From Macrostomum lignano (taxonomy: Eukaryota): a stretch of 64,000 bases of DNA. Positions 1 through 19,515 of the stretch are shown in pieces. The notes beneath the pieces are model-generated. The model made no database searches, was not told the origin of the DNA, and worked only from the letters and a program-made list of their open reading frames with translations. Both the position numbers and the translations under genes were made by a program. The stretch lies in NCBI GenBank assembly GCA_002269645.1, contig NIVC01001187.1, positions 62,001 to 126,000 of the forward strand, given 5' to 3'. Within the stretch, counting starts at the first letter, position 1. The number at the start of each line of letters is the position of its first letter.

Positions 1-105
1 CTCAGGACATCGCTAACCTCAGGGCTGCTCAGGACATTGCTATCCTTCCTAAAATCCATTCAATCCGAAATCTATGAGGTCACTCGGTAATTTCCATCGA
101 CCTAC

Positions 106-7721
<7,616 letters not shown>

Positions 7722-8388
7722 GAGGAAGCGCAGCTGACAGTTCGGTGCTGTTTTGGAGTTGAGTAGCAAGGCGAGATCTCGCTATGGGAATTTGCTGGTT
7801 TGAATCAAAGCTTCGATTGGCTTGCGAGAGTTGCTGAGCCAAGTCGGACTGCAGAAGCTCGGGCTGGGCGGCCCTCTGGCAGCTAAATAGCCTGGCGCGG
7901 GGGCGCGGGGGCGTCGGCGCCAGATGCCACCAGCTGCTGTCACAAGCACTTCAAAGAGAAAAAACTTTCTCGCTTCGAAAACTTTACCGATCGGATTAAA
8001 TTTAGGATCAAAATTAAAATGTGAAAACTGCTGACAGGCAAGTTTCTTGAAGAAATAACGGAGGAGCAACAACTTGAAGCAGATTACAGCAGAAAGCTTG
8101 CAACACTTTGGGAGCAAAATCTGAAGTGGGTGCTCAGCTGGACAACCAGAATATTCTTGTCGAGTGGTCAAAGTCGAAGCCGCTTGCTTCCGCAATCCGG
8201 AGCTGAAAATCCAGCATTAATCAGCTCTGCCGGACTCGAGTGGGTTACTGGGACATTCGCTGCCATCAGCAACAATTTTGCTTCTTCAACTGTTGAAGAT
8301 TAGTGCCCCTAATCCGACCTTGGGAATTTGCGTCACAGAAAAAAATAAATTTTAGTCCAGGTAAGTTTTCACCTTCATAGCTAGATCT

Positions 8389-9345
8389 TCAGTTTCCACC
8401 ATCTCTCATTGGATTCTGGCAGTTTCCACCATCTCTCATTAGATTCTGGCAATTTCCACCATCTCTCATTGGATTCTGGCAGTTTCCACCATCTCTCATT
8501 GGATTCTGGCAGTTTCCACCATCTCTCATTGGATTCTGGCAGTTTCCACCATCTCTCATTGGATTCTGGCAGTTTCCACCATCTCTCATTGGATTCTGGC
8601 AGTTTCCACCATCTCTCATTGGATTCTGGCAGTTTCCACCATATCTAATTGGACTCTGGCAGTTTCCACCATCTCTCATTGGATTCTGGCAGTTTCCACC
8701 ATCTCTAATTGGATTCTGGAAGTTTCACCATCTCTAATTGGATTCTGGAAGTTTCCACCATCTCTCATTGGATTCTGGCAGTTTCCACCATCTCTAATTG
8801 GATTCTGGCAGTTTCCACCATCTCTCATTGGACTCTGGCAGTTTCCACCATCTCTCATTGGATTCTGGCAGTTTCCACCATCTCTCATTGGATTCTGGCA
8901 GTTTCCACCATCTCTCATTGGATTCTGGCAGTTTCCACCATCTCTCATTGGATTCTGGCAGTTTCCACCATCTCTCATTGGATTCTGGCAGTTTCCACCA
9001 TCTCTCATTGGATTCTGGCAGTTTCCACCATCTCTCATTGGATTCTGGCAGTTTCCACCATCTCTCATTGGATTCTGGCAGTTTCCACCATCTCTCATTG
9101 GATTCTGGCAGTTTCCACCATCTCTCATTGGATTCTGGCAGTTTCCACCTTCTCTCATTGGATTCTGGCAGTTTCCATTGTCCCTCAGTAGATTCTGGCA
9201 GGTTCCATTGTCCCTCAGTAGATTCTGGCAGGTTCCATTGTCCCTCAGTAGATTCTGGCAGGTTCCATTGTCCCTCAGTAGATTCTGGCAGGTTCCATTG
9301 TCCCTCAGTAGATTCTGGCAGGTTCCATTGTCTCTCAGTAGATTC
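8389..9345. repeat. 30-bp intergenic minisatellite, left part
   Basis: CAGTTTCCACCATCTCTCATTGGATTCTGG units grading into CAGGTTCCATTGTCCCTCAGTAGATTCTGG units; interrupted by the LINE. Confidence 0.95.
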
Positions 9346-9588
9346 GCACGCGAAGGCGTATTCAGCATGCCAGTGAAGTATGAGACAGACTAGGCCCATG
9401 GGCTAAGGTCTGCGATGCTTCACGCCTGCCCCTATCTTCAGCAGGTCAAGGCTGGTGGGAGGTCTGCACCCTCTATTTGCCTCTGGCAGCCGCAGACCCC
9501 CCCCCACGCTGTCTCGCAAGTCGACCCAGGGTACTCGTCCCCGCGTGTGTTCAAGGCAGTCCCTAGGGCTGCTGGACAGACTGGGCTC
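9346..9588 (+). ncRNA. HDV-like self-cleaving ribozyme (predicted) at the LINE 5' end
   Basis: P1 GCACGCG 9346-9352 / CGCGTGT 9542-9548 with G1-U wobble; P3 GGG 9529-9531 / CCC 9539-9541; L3 TACTCGT; P1.1 A9533,C9534 / G9549,T9550; P4 GGCAGTCC 9555-9562 / GGGCTGCT 9566-9573; J4/2 C9577-AGA; P2 CCCA 9525-9528 / TGGG 9582-9585. Confidence 0.82.
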
Positions 9589-9863
9589 CGGCGCTGGCGA
9601 CCCTATCCAGTGGCTTCGGCCGAATTTGGGTATGCGGGTCTGGCTCGCCAACCTGCAGGCCGTGGTACTGCTCAACGTACTCTCTAATGCCTAAGGTGTT
9701 GACCGTGCCGATGGGCTGGAAGGCCGGGGAGTAGTCCGGTCGCAAGCGGTCCCCCTCCTGGTGTCGGGCCAGCCTTGAGGGTGCTATTGGCCTACTGCCC
9801 GGTCAGGTGGAGCGGCCGGGTGGGTACCGCGCCCCTTTGAGGGTAGCCCACCAACCTTTTATC

Positions 9864-11369
9864 ATGGCCTTCGAGCCGACTATGGATAAACAAGCTATTT
9901 CTAGGGACGGGGACCCTTCTAAACCCCAACCTCAGTCCGAAGGACCGGCCGGCCCTGCTGGCAGATCCCAACCGACTGATTCAACTGTGGCAAAGGAAGG
10001 ACCGGCTGGCTCTGCTGGCAGATCCGACCAGAGCTACCAAACTCAAAATACCCTAAGACCTGCCAGCTCCGCTGGTGGATCTAAGGGAACCGCGAGCTCT
10101 GAGCCTAAAGGACCGGCCAAATCTGGCAGATCCGATGAAGCTCAGCGGGCTCGGCTTGAGCGCAAACGCGCTAAACAACGCGCCAAAAGGCAGGCCAAGA
10201 AGGGAGCTGCGGGGGCCAAAGCGGCGGCGTCCACCATGGATGCTGAAGCGACTGGAGTCCCAAGGCAACCAGGCGGGCCGGCCGGTGGAAGCTCCAGTAG
10301 TTCAGCGGCGGCGCTCCCTGGAGCTGCTGCCGCGGCTGCTGAGGCCGAAACCACGGCGCAACAAATGGCCACTGCCAACAAGGAGGTTCCTTCGGGAGCT
10401 ACCTTTGCGGCGAAGGCCAAGGCCAAAATCCCGGGAGTGATCATCCAAGGTCGCGACCAGGACTGGACCACTGATCAGCTTCAAAAAGTGTGGAGTGCTG
10501 TTGACTCCTATCTGATTGAGCTGACTGTCGAGGAGGGAATCTCCATCGGCGTTGAGCGGATGGTGCTGCGAAGCACATTCGTTCTTATTGCTCCTAGCAG
10601 CGAGGAGGACGCTCGGCGGCTGCTCCAGCGGCTACCGACGGTCTCCTTGGATGCTGACCTTGGTGGAGCTCTTTTTCTTCGCGAGGGCCAGCGTCCAAAG
10701 ACGATACCCTATGTGGTTTTCGTCCCTGCTAAGAGCACCGCAGCTGGACCAGACGTTATTCGCCGGGTCCTACTGCGTCTGAACCCCGACCTCCCTGCTA
10801 GTGGACTGGTGTATCACCGCAAAGTCCGCAGGGGGGAGACGGGCAACTCAATTGTCCTCGGCCTTTCCAGCACTTGGGCGAGTCGGTACCCTAATGGATC
10901 CTCTTTCCAGCTGGGTGCCCTCAAGCTCAAGTTGCGCCGAGGAAAGTCTGCCAAAGGGAAGGCTACTGCCAACCCCGGCATCTCCGGCAAGAGCGGGGCG
11001 CAGTCTAAGGCCCAAGGAAAGGCGCAAGCCGATCCCAAAGCCAAAGCTGCATCTCGCCCCTCTGCTAGCAGCAGTTCGGCGACCGCGGTAACGGCTCCGG
11101 CCGAGCCCCGGGAACCAAACCTGCCAGTCGGAGAAGGAGTTGAGGACGAGGCCGGGTCTTCGGAATCCGAGCTCTCCTCGGCCACCTTGGTGGGGTCTGA
11201 AGGTAAAGATGCAGGTGAGGAAGCTTCCTCCATCCTGTCATCGGAGCCTGAGGACTCTGCTGGGGGGGCCGGTGGGGGTGAGGAGGCCATGGACGTCGAC
11301 CAACTCCCATCTCCCAGTCAAGCCCCAGCGGCCTGGGACGAGGACGATCTGTTGTCCAAGTCTCCTTGA
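9864..11369 (+). CDS. LINE ORF1 (gag-like; basic/low-complexity ends, central DUF4780-like domain)
   Basis: Open frame 9807-11369, first ATG at 9864. Central segment VFVP...PDVIRRVLLRLNPDL...IVLGL...FQLG resembles LOA-type ORF1s. No CCHC knuckle seen. Confidence 0.8.
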   Translation: MAFEPTMDKQAISRDGDPSKPQPQSEGPAGPAGRSQPTDSTVAKEGPAGSAGRSDQSYQTQNTLRPASSAGGSKGTASSEPKGPAKSGRSDEAQRARLERKRAKQRAKRQAKKGAAGAKAAASTMDAEATGVPRQPGGPAGGSSSSSAAALPGAAAAAAEAETTAQQMATANKEVPSGATFAAKAKAKIPGVIIQGRDQDWTTDQLQKVWSAVDSYLIELTVEEGISIGVERMVLRSTFVLIAPSSEEDARRLLQRLPTVSLDADLGGALFLREGQRPKTIPYVVFVPAKSTAAGPDVIRRVLLRLNPDLPASGLVYHRKVRRGETGNSIVLGLSSTWASRYPNGSSFQLGALKLKLRRGKSAKGKATANPGISGKSGAQSKAQGKAQADPKAKAASRPSASSSSATAVTAPAEPREPNLPVGEGVEDEAGSSESELSSATLVGSEGKDAGEEASSILSSEPEDSAGGAGGGEEAMDVDQLPSPSQAPAAWDEDDLLSKSP

Positions 11370-11408
11370 TGGCCCTGGGCTCTAGCCAGATATTGCATTT
11401 AATACAGT

Positions 11409-14400
11409 ATGACTAAGCTCCACGCTGCCAAAGGAGCGACATTCTGTCTGCAAATAAATTTACAGCATTGCGTATCTGCGTCAGTAAATCTGATGAAGAT
11501 TGCTGAGCTGTACAGGCCAGGCCTCATCCTGATCCAGGAACCCTGGATGCGCAACGGTAAGTTGCCCAACATTCCCTCTGGCTACTCTGATTTTTATGTG
11601 TGTGGCCCGGGGAACAGCCGCCCTAGAGCGGCTATCCTCGCTGCTAGCCATCTCCAGGCTTGGCTGAGGACTGATCTCTCTGATGGAGACCTTTGCGTCA
11701 TCCAATCTAATCATTTCTCTCCGCGTACGTGTCTTGTTGCCTCGGTTTATATCCCAGGCGACAGAGACCCTGCTCCCGAGAGTTTACTGCGCCTTGCGCA
11801 GTACTGCGAGTCCCAGAACGCTGAGCTGTGCTTAGGGGGCGACCTCAACGCGCACCACAAGCACTGGGGCAGCAAAGATACCAACACTAGAGGAGAGGAG
11901 CTTCTGGCCCTCATCTCTAACACAAACCTCATGCTCTGCAACCGCGGCAGCACTCCTACCTTTAATAATGGCAGATGGACCGAGGTCCTCGACGCCACAC
12001 TCGTTACCCCAAGACTCTTTGACAGAGTCAAGGAGTGGAGAGTCTGGTCTGAGGAGCCCTCCCTGTCTGACCACTGCTTTATCGCCTTTAACATCGCGGA
12101 CACTAAAACCCAGTCTCCGATCACTTGGAGACGCAATATCCGCAACACTGATTGGGCGGCCTACAAGGCTGCCCTTGATCTGCACCTGCAGGAACTCACG
12201 GACTTACGTCCGATTGAGACCTGCGAGGATGTGGATCATATGGCTGAGACGCTGACAGGTTGCATTATTGCAGCCTACGAAGCGGCTTGTCCTGCTCGCG
12301 CCTACAGAGGCAAGACCTCGGCGCCGTGGTGGAACCCGGAGCTGGGGAAACTCAGGCGGAAGGCCAAAAGCCTTCATCGCCGTGCCATGAAGACCGGAAA
12401 CCCGGAGGACATGGAGCTTTTCCGGCAAGCCTCCCGCAATTTCAAATCTGAAGTGCGCAAGGCCAAGGAATGTAAGTGGCGCCAATTCTGCAATGAATTG
12501 GATCAAGACAGACCTACTTCTAGGCTTGTCAAGGCCCTTACAATGGACAAAATGTCCAAATTAGCCATGATAAAAAAGATGATGGCTCTCTTACTAAAGA
12601 CCCTGAAGAAGTGCTTCAGCATATGCTTAGCACATTCTTCCCGAGGGTACCTACTGCTAGACCGGAGCCCAACCATTCGATGGATGGAGCCACCCTAGCG
12701 GCGGGCATTGTCACTGAAGACCTAATCGCTCGTGCGGTCAGAACCTTCAAACCCTTCAAATCTCCTGGACCTGATGGTATCTACCCTGTTCTCCTTCGTG
12801 AAGCAGCCAAGATACCCTCGTTCCTGAGACTCACCCGCAATCTTATGCGGGCCTCTATCCAGCTGGGATACGTTCCCAAAAGCTGGACTGAAGCTCGAGT
12901 AGTCTTTATTCCCAAACCTGGGAAGGGTGACTACCAAAGCGTCAAGGCCTTCCGGCCAATTAGCTTAACGTCAGCAATGCTTAAGCTCACTGAGAGGCTT
13001 ATTCTCTGGCGGCTGCTCTCCTGCGAGCTGACAGCGATGCCCCTCAGCAATAATCAGCACGCCTTCCGTACCGGGAGGTCGACTGACAGCGCCCTGCATG
13101 CGATTGTCGAAAAGATTGAACGGGCGGTACTGGGTGACGGTTACGCCCTGGCTCTCTTTCTTGACATTGTTGGCGCCTTCGACAACGTTATCTTTGAAGC
13201 GTTTCAGAGGGCCCTTCAAAATCGCAAAGCTCATGCTACCCTCATACGGTGGATCATGTACATGATCTCCAACCGTACGGTCACTGCCCAACTTCTTGGG
13301 CAAACTGCCTCCACCAGAGTCTGTAAGGGTGGACCCCAAGGCGGAGTCCTCACCCCGACGCTCTGGAACCTGGTCATGGACGCTCTTCTGAGTGACTCCC
13401 GACCTGACCCCGTCTTCAAAGTCGGGTATGCTGATGACGTCACGGCCATTGTGGCAGGACCGTCTCCCAGCACGCTCAGGGATCTGATGCAGAGCTTTAT
13501 CCGCAAAGCAGAATCCTGGGCCAATGACAATGGTTTGGAACTCTCTGAGCCCAAAACCGTTGCCATTATGTTTACCAGCAGACTACGCTGGAACATACGT
13601 CCTCTGCAGCTCTACGGCAGAGATATTGCCTTCGCGCACCAGACCAGATGTCTCGGGGTCACACTTGACCACCGGCTCAACTGGTCCTTCCACGTGAAAG
13701 CAAAAGCTAAGCGTGCCTCAGCCATCCTGGCCCAGCTCCGACGAGCACTTGGCACTTCTTGGGGTCTATCCCCAAAGCGGCTTTGGTGGATCTATACTTC
13801 CGTAGTTAGACCTGCCATTACGTACGCCTCTGTTGTCTGGGTTAGCGCTACCCAGGTCAAAAGCCATGCAGACCTGCTCAACACGATCCAAGGCAGAGCG
13901 TGTAGGCTCATCTGCAACGCCACCAGGTCCACGCCCTTTGCTGGCATGGGGGCCTTTCTTAATCTTCCGCCTCTTGACCTCTTCATCAGGGGTGAGGCGG
14001 CTAGAACGACGCGGCGTCTAATTGATGCCGACGTCAAATTCATTTACATGAGAGCACCTGCTAAGCGGAACCTTGTCCCGCATAGCGATCTGTGCCTCAA
14101 CTTTCTCAACGAGTGTCAGGCCAATCGCGTCTTCACCGATGGCATTGCCTCAACGCTCAACCTGAGACAGCGCTACTCCGTAGCTATCGACTCGCGCGAT
14201 AACATCAATGACCATTGGAACCCTGGTGAGCTTCATTGCTACACCGACGGTTCTAAGCAGTCAGCCAACACCGGCTTTGGTGTTGGAATCTTTCTGAACG
14301 GGAGGGTCATCGCTACCCACGCTCAATACACTGGGGTCAACTCCAGTGTTTTCCAAAATGAAGTTCTGGCCATCAGCTCCTGCACTGCAGAGCTTCTCGC

Positions 14401-15148
14401 CACTGGCGTTACTGGTAAGAACATCATTTTCCATTCGGACAGCCAAGCTGCCTTGCACGCCATCAGTGGCTGCAGCACCAACTCTGCTACAGTCCTTGAC
14501 TGTATCAAACTCCTCAATGTGTTGGGTTCCGCCAACAAAATTACCCTTAAGTGGGTTCCGGGGCATGTGGGGATCCGAGGAAATGAGTTGGCTGACACCC
14601 TTGCAAAAGTTGGTGCCTCCGGCTCCTCTCTCGGCCCCGAACCTCTTGTCCCGATTCCTGGCTGTGTCATCGACTCGCGCATCAAAGCGTGGATCAGGAC
14701 TCAGCACCGCTCGACTTGGGCGAACCGCACGAACTGCAGGCAATCCAGAGGCGCTGTCCCTCAGCCCTCTCACCAGCTCCGGAAGCTCCTCTTGCGCCTC
14801 TCGCGCAGAGACATCCGGGCTGCCACCATGACCCTCTCTGGTCACGGCTGCTTCTCCAGGCACCAGTACCTGCAGGGCAACGCCACCAACGCCACCTGTA
14901 GTTTCTGCAACTCAGGTGACGAAACCGCTGAGCATTTCGTCAGCATCTGTCCCGCCTTCACGCGGGCCAGACTCACTTACCTCGGGCCACACACATCTAT
15001 TACTGAAGCGTGCAAACCCGAAAACTTTAATCAGCTCATGCGCTACCTTCGGGCCACCCGCAGGGCTGAACTCTCCTTTCCAGAGAGCACCATAGCTGCT
15101 GGCGACACTGGGGGACCTCCCTGGGCGGCGCCAACCCTCCGTCCATAG
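11409..15148 (+). CDS. LINE ORF2 (AP endonuclease - RT - RNase H - CCHC), split by one frameshift at ~12572-12578
   Basis: APE: LIQEPW, GGDLNAHH, SDH. RT: KSPGPDG, RPISL, QHAF, LDIVGAFD, GPQGGVL, YADD. RNase H: YTDGSK, NE, HSDS, WVPGH. C-terminal CSFC...H...C. A -1 shift restores IKKDDGSLTKDPEEVLQHML. Confidence 0.92.
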
Positions 15149-15246
15149 CGACGCGTCGGCCGTTCAGGGACTAGCGGAATGGGCGCCCGCGCCTTCCCGC
15201 TGTGTCCCCTCCGGGACAGCCCTGCAGCTAAGTCAAGTAAGTCAAG

Positions 15247-15560
15247 TCTCAGTAGATTCTGGCAGATTCCATTGTCCCTCAGTACATTCTGGCAGGTTCC
15301 ATTGTCCCTCAGTTGATTCTGGCAGGTTCCATTGTCCCTCAGTAGATTCTGGCAGGTTCCATTGTCCCTCAGTAGATTCTGGCAGGTTCCATTGTCCCTC
15401 AGTAGATTCTGGCAGGTTCCATTGTCCCTCAGTAGATTCTGGCAGGTTCCGCTGTCTTTAAACAGATTCTGTGAGTTTCCATTGTCCCTCAGTAGATTCT
15501 GGCAGGTTCCGCTGTCTTTAAACAGATTCTGGCAGTTTCCGCTGTCTTCCAACAAATTTC
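15247..15560. repeat. 30-bp minisatellite, right part (continuation after LINE)
   Basis: Same CAGGTTCCATTGTCCCTCAGTAGATTCTGG unit resumes after the TSD and then decays. Confidence 0.93.
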
Positions 15561-15849
15561 AGCAGTTTCCGCTGCATCAAATCAAATTCCAGAAGCTTTC
15601 GTTAACTTGGCTTCTCTCCCGGCAGCAAGAAGTTTACTCTTAAAGCCCTTTCCTAATTAACTGCCATATGCAGTTTAGGAGATTTTCATGTAAATCAGGA
15701 AAACACAAGCTGAAAAAACAATGAGATACAGTTTCTTTTGTAGAGCAGACATAAAAAATGCAGTTCATAGACACAAATGTATTTTTTCATTTTCAGATAC
15801 ATAATGGTATTACAACTCAACCAGGCAATATTAAGTAGGATGCAGCAGT

Positions 15850-18569
15850 TCAAGGAGTCGTCCCAGACTCCGCCGCATCAGTCTTCCCAGCCTCCGCCGC
15901 ATCAGTCTTCCCAGACTCCGCCGCATCAGTCTTCCCAGACTCCGCCGCATCAGTCTTGCCAGCCTCCGCCGCATCAGTCTTCCCAGACTCCGCCGCATCA
16001 GTCTTGCCAGCCTCCGCTGCATCAGTCTTCCCAGACTCCGCCGCATCAGTCTTGCCAGCCTCCGCCGCATCAGTCTTCCCAGACTCTGCCGCATCAGTCG
16101 TCGCAGCCTCCGTGCCCGCGGAGTGCGCGACCACCTCGCTGAGGTTGTACTTGCGGTAGCGGCGAAAGTTGCGCAGCAGGCTGAGGCACGTGACCCGCTG
16201 CAGCACGTTGACATCGATGACAACGCTGGCGCGGTCGTGGTCAACTGACCAGTCGGGGCTGACAGATTTCACAGCGGTGAAGACCCGGTTGATGACATCC
16301 TGACGCTCCAGCTTGTCGAAGTTGCGCGCCTTGAAGTGTACCGTGAAAGTCGGCTTAGCGGCTGTTGGCCAGAGGGTGGGCGGAGGCGCATCTTATTCGG
16401 CTGCGTGGATACAGAGGACAAGGTGTACTTTAACGTGCGTAACCAATATTTGGATGCTGTCAACCGCGAGCTTCTGAGATTCTCCCGCATGAACTTCCCC
16501 CATTTTTTAGTTTTTCTTGAGAATCGCGATGGGAGAATCTCGTGGGAGAATCTCAGTGGGAGGATCTCTGGGGAGAATCTTGGTGGGAGAATCTCTGTGG
16601 GAGAATCTCAGTGGGAGGATCTCTGGAGAGAATCTTGGTGTTATAATCTCTGTGGGATAATCTCTTTAGGACAATCTCGGTGTGAGAATCTCTGTGGGAG
16701 AATCTCGTGGGAGAATCTCGTGGGAGAATCTCAGTGGGAGGATCTCTGGAGAGAATCTTGGTGGGGGAATCTCAGTGGGAGGATCTTTGTGGACAATCTC
16801 GGTGTGAGAATTTCTGTGGGAGAATCTCAGTGGGAGGATCTCTGTGGAGAATCTCGTAAGAATCTCTGTGGGAGAATCTCGGTGTGAGAATCTCGGTGGG
16901 AGAATCTCGGTGTGAGAATCTCGGTGTGAGAATCTGTGGGAGAATCTCAGTGTGAGAATCTGTGAGAGAATCTCAGTGTGAGAATCTGTGAGAGAATCTC
17001 AGTGGGAGGATCTCTGTGGAGAATCTCGGTGGGAAAATCTCGGTGTGAGAATCTCGGTGTGAGAATCTCGGTGTGAGAATCTCGGTGGGAGAATCTCGGT
17101 GTGAGAATCCCGGTGTGAGAATCTCGGTGGGAGAATCTCGGTGTGAGAATCTCGGTGTGAGAATCTCTGTGGAGAATCTCGGTGTGAGAATCTCTGTGGA
17201 GAATCTCGGTGTGAGAATCTCTGTGGAGAATCTCGGTGGGAAAATCTCGGTGTGAGAATCTCGGTGTGAGAATCTCGGTGTGAGAATCTCGGTGGGAGAA
17301 TCTCGGTGTGAGAATCCCGGTGTGAGAATCTCGGTGTGAGAATCTCGGTGTGAGAATCTCGGTGTGAGAATCTCGGTGTGAGAATCTCGGTGTGAGAATC
17401 TCGGTGGGAGAATCTCGGTGTGAGAATCCCGGTGTGAGAATCTCGGTGGGAGAATCTCGGTGTGAGAATCTCTGTGGGAGAATCTCAGTGGGAGGATCTC
17501 TGGGGAGAATCTTGATGGGGAAATCTCGGTGTGAGAATCCCGGTGGGAGAATCTCGGTATGAGAATCCCGGTGTGAGAATCTCTGTGGGAGAATCTCAGT
17601 AGGAGAATCTGGGTGGGAGAAGTTCCTGGGGGAAATCTCGTGCTCGTGACTACCAAAAAAAGCGGGCCAGCTTACCTGTGACTCGATCAGCAGCCACGAA
17701 GGCGGTCCACAGCGACTCGAAGGCCTCGCCGATGTCCTGCAGGCCGGAGGCGCAGGTGGCCTCCACCGGCAGCAGCCGCAGGATATGGCGGCCGCCGACG
17801 CCGCGACTGCCGTCGCCTCGGGCGGCCGCCGCCACAGCCGCTTCAAAGACAGCGTCGGTGACATCGAAGAGCCACGGCAGGCGCGAGTCCGGCAGCGAGA
17901 CGCCGACGAATACGCAGTTCGGCACCTGCGCGAATTAGCCGGCGGCGTGAGGTCAGCGATATGTATCGAAAACTATCATGAGCAGGCGGTGGGAGTTAGG
18001 GGTGGAAGGTCGCGGCCTGGGACGGTTCGCAGGGGGGGGGGGTGGGGCTGTGTGCACTGCCACAAGCTGACCAGAGGCAGGGAGGGGAAGAGCAGTCATG
18101 CCCAAGTCCGCTGACTCCAGATTTCTAGGCTCGGCGTTGACTATTAGAAAGTCCGCGGCAGGAGGCAGAATTGCCTCAGCGCCAGCAGTGAGTCTCACTC
18201 GGCGTCAACACTCGCCTTAGTCGGCAGGTGCTCGCACGGCTGCGCAGCGGCCGCCCGGAGGCCCAGCCCGCCGCCGCGAGCCCGCTCCCGCTCCAGGCAC
18301 CGCTGGATGTCATCCTCAGCGTTGTCGCCATCATCAGCATCTTCCTCGGCGCCTTCGTTGTCTTCAGCTGGATCGTCAGGCAGGAAAGTGTCCAGCAGGT
18401 CGAGGGCCTCGCCGACGCACTCGCGCTCCCGCTTGTTGCAGGTGACCAGCAGGCCGCGCCAGCCAGCGGTCAGCAGCTGCTGGCGGCCGCCCCGCGGCCT
18501 CTTGGCGGCCAGAGCGGCCTGCCGGCGGTAGGCGGCCTTCCGCTTGCGCTTGTCCAGCTGGCGGTCCGA
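15850..18569 (-). CDS. THUMPD1: THUMP domain-containing protein 1 (Tan1 orthologue, tRNA ac4C adaptor); no genomic ATG found
   Basis: Exons 18569-18216 (GC donor), 17925-17676, 16361-15850. Motifs GWRGLLVTCNKRERECVGEA, NCVFV, TFTVHFKARNFDKLERQDVI and CLSLLRNFRRYRKYNLSEVV match THUMPD1. Confidence 0.88.
16520..17640. repeat. 14-bp intronic minisatellite (GAGAATCTCGGTGT)
   Basis: Tandem degenerate units in THUMPD1 intron 17675-16362. Confidence 0.94.
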
Positions 18570-18747
18570 CTGAATCGCAATCGCGGAGGGGCGGTGGGAG
18601 ATTGCACGCCTGTATTGCTACTAATTTAAGTAGGCTATCTCGGTTTTCTGTTCACTTGCGAAAAACAGCAAGGATTTGCGCTCGCTGGGCCACTGCATGG
18701 CCGGTTTGTAGTTAATTGCATTGTAGATTTTTATTAACATCAACTGG

Positions 18748-19120
18748 ATTGGTTTCCCTAATGGTCATAGATTGGTTTCCCTAATGGTCATAGATTGGTT
18801 TCCCTAATGGTCATGGGTGATTGGTTTCCCTAATGGTCATAGATTGGTTTCCCTAATGGTCATGGGTGATTGGTTTCCCTAATGGTCATAGATTGGTTTC
18901 CCTAATGGTCATGGGTGATTGGTTTCCCTAATGGTCATGGGTGATTGGTTTCCCTAATGGTCATGGAAGATTGGTTTCCCTAATGGTCATGGGTGATTGG
19001 TTTCCCTAATGGTCATGGGTGATTGGTTTCCCTAATGGTCATGGATGATTGGTTTCCCTAATGGTCATGGAAGATTGGTTTCCCTAATGGTCATGGAAGA
19101 TTGGTTTCCCTAATGGTCAT
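18748..19120. repeat. 23-25-bp minisatellite (GATTGGTTTCCCTAATGGTCATG) between CACYBP and THUMPD1
   Basis: Tandem copies visible. Confidence 0.93.
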
Positions 19121-19515
19121 GCCTGAACGGAAGTGATCATGACTTACTGGTTTCCCGAACGGGATGAGGACAAAAATAGTCGGTTTAATTGGCCTAAATT
19201 CAATTCTAAAGCAGGTCAAGTCTGTAAAAGACGCAAATCACAACAGACCAGATTTACAACAAACAGCAAGCCTAAAAGCGGCCTGGCACTTCCACCGGAC
19301 AAGAATTCAAATTTCCAAAGGCGCCATACTGACGGGCCGCCAGCAACTGTAACTTTATTACGGCTGACACGATTGAAGCAACATAGAAAACATTAACTGA
19401 CACGAATTCGCATGCAGACGCGATTTCAGTAGAAAATAATTGGCTGAATAGAAAATAAACCACAGAGGTGGTCTTGAATAAACTAAGACTCCAAACACTC
19501 CAGCGGCCCTGCAGT

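Larger units (their letters stand above)
9346..15246 (+). mobile_element. Full-length non-LTR retrotransposon, LOA/Lian-like (R1 group) with RNase H
   Basis: TSD TCTCAGTAGATTC at 9333-9345 and 15247-15259; 3' tail (TAAGTCAAG)2; ORF1 plus ORF2 with APE, RT, RNase H and C-terminal CCHC; ORF2 N-terminal QINLQH motif is typical of R1/LOA elements. Confidence 0.93.

Noticed and set aside
8389-9399. RDGGNCQNPM and LPESNERWWK repeat ORFs
   Set aside because: 30-bp satellite, interrupted by a LINE, with no flanking gene structure.
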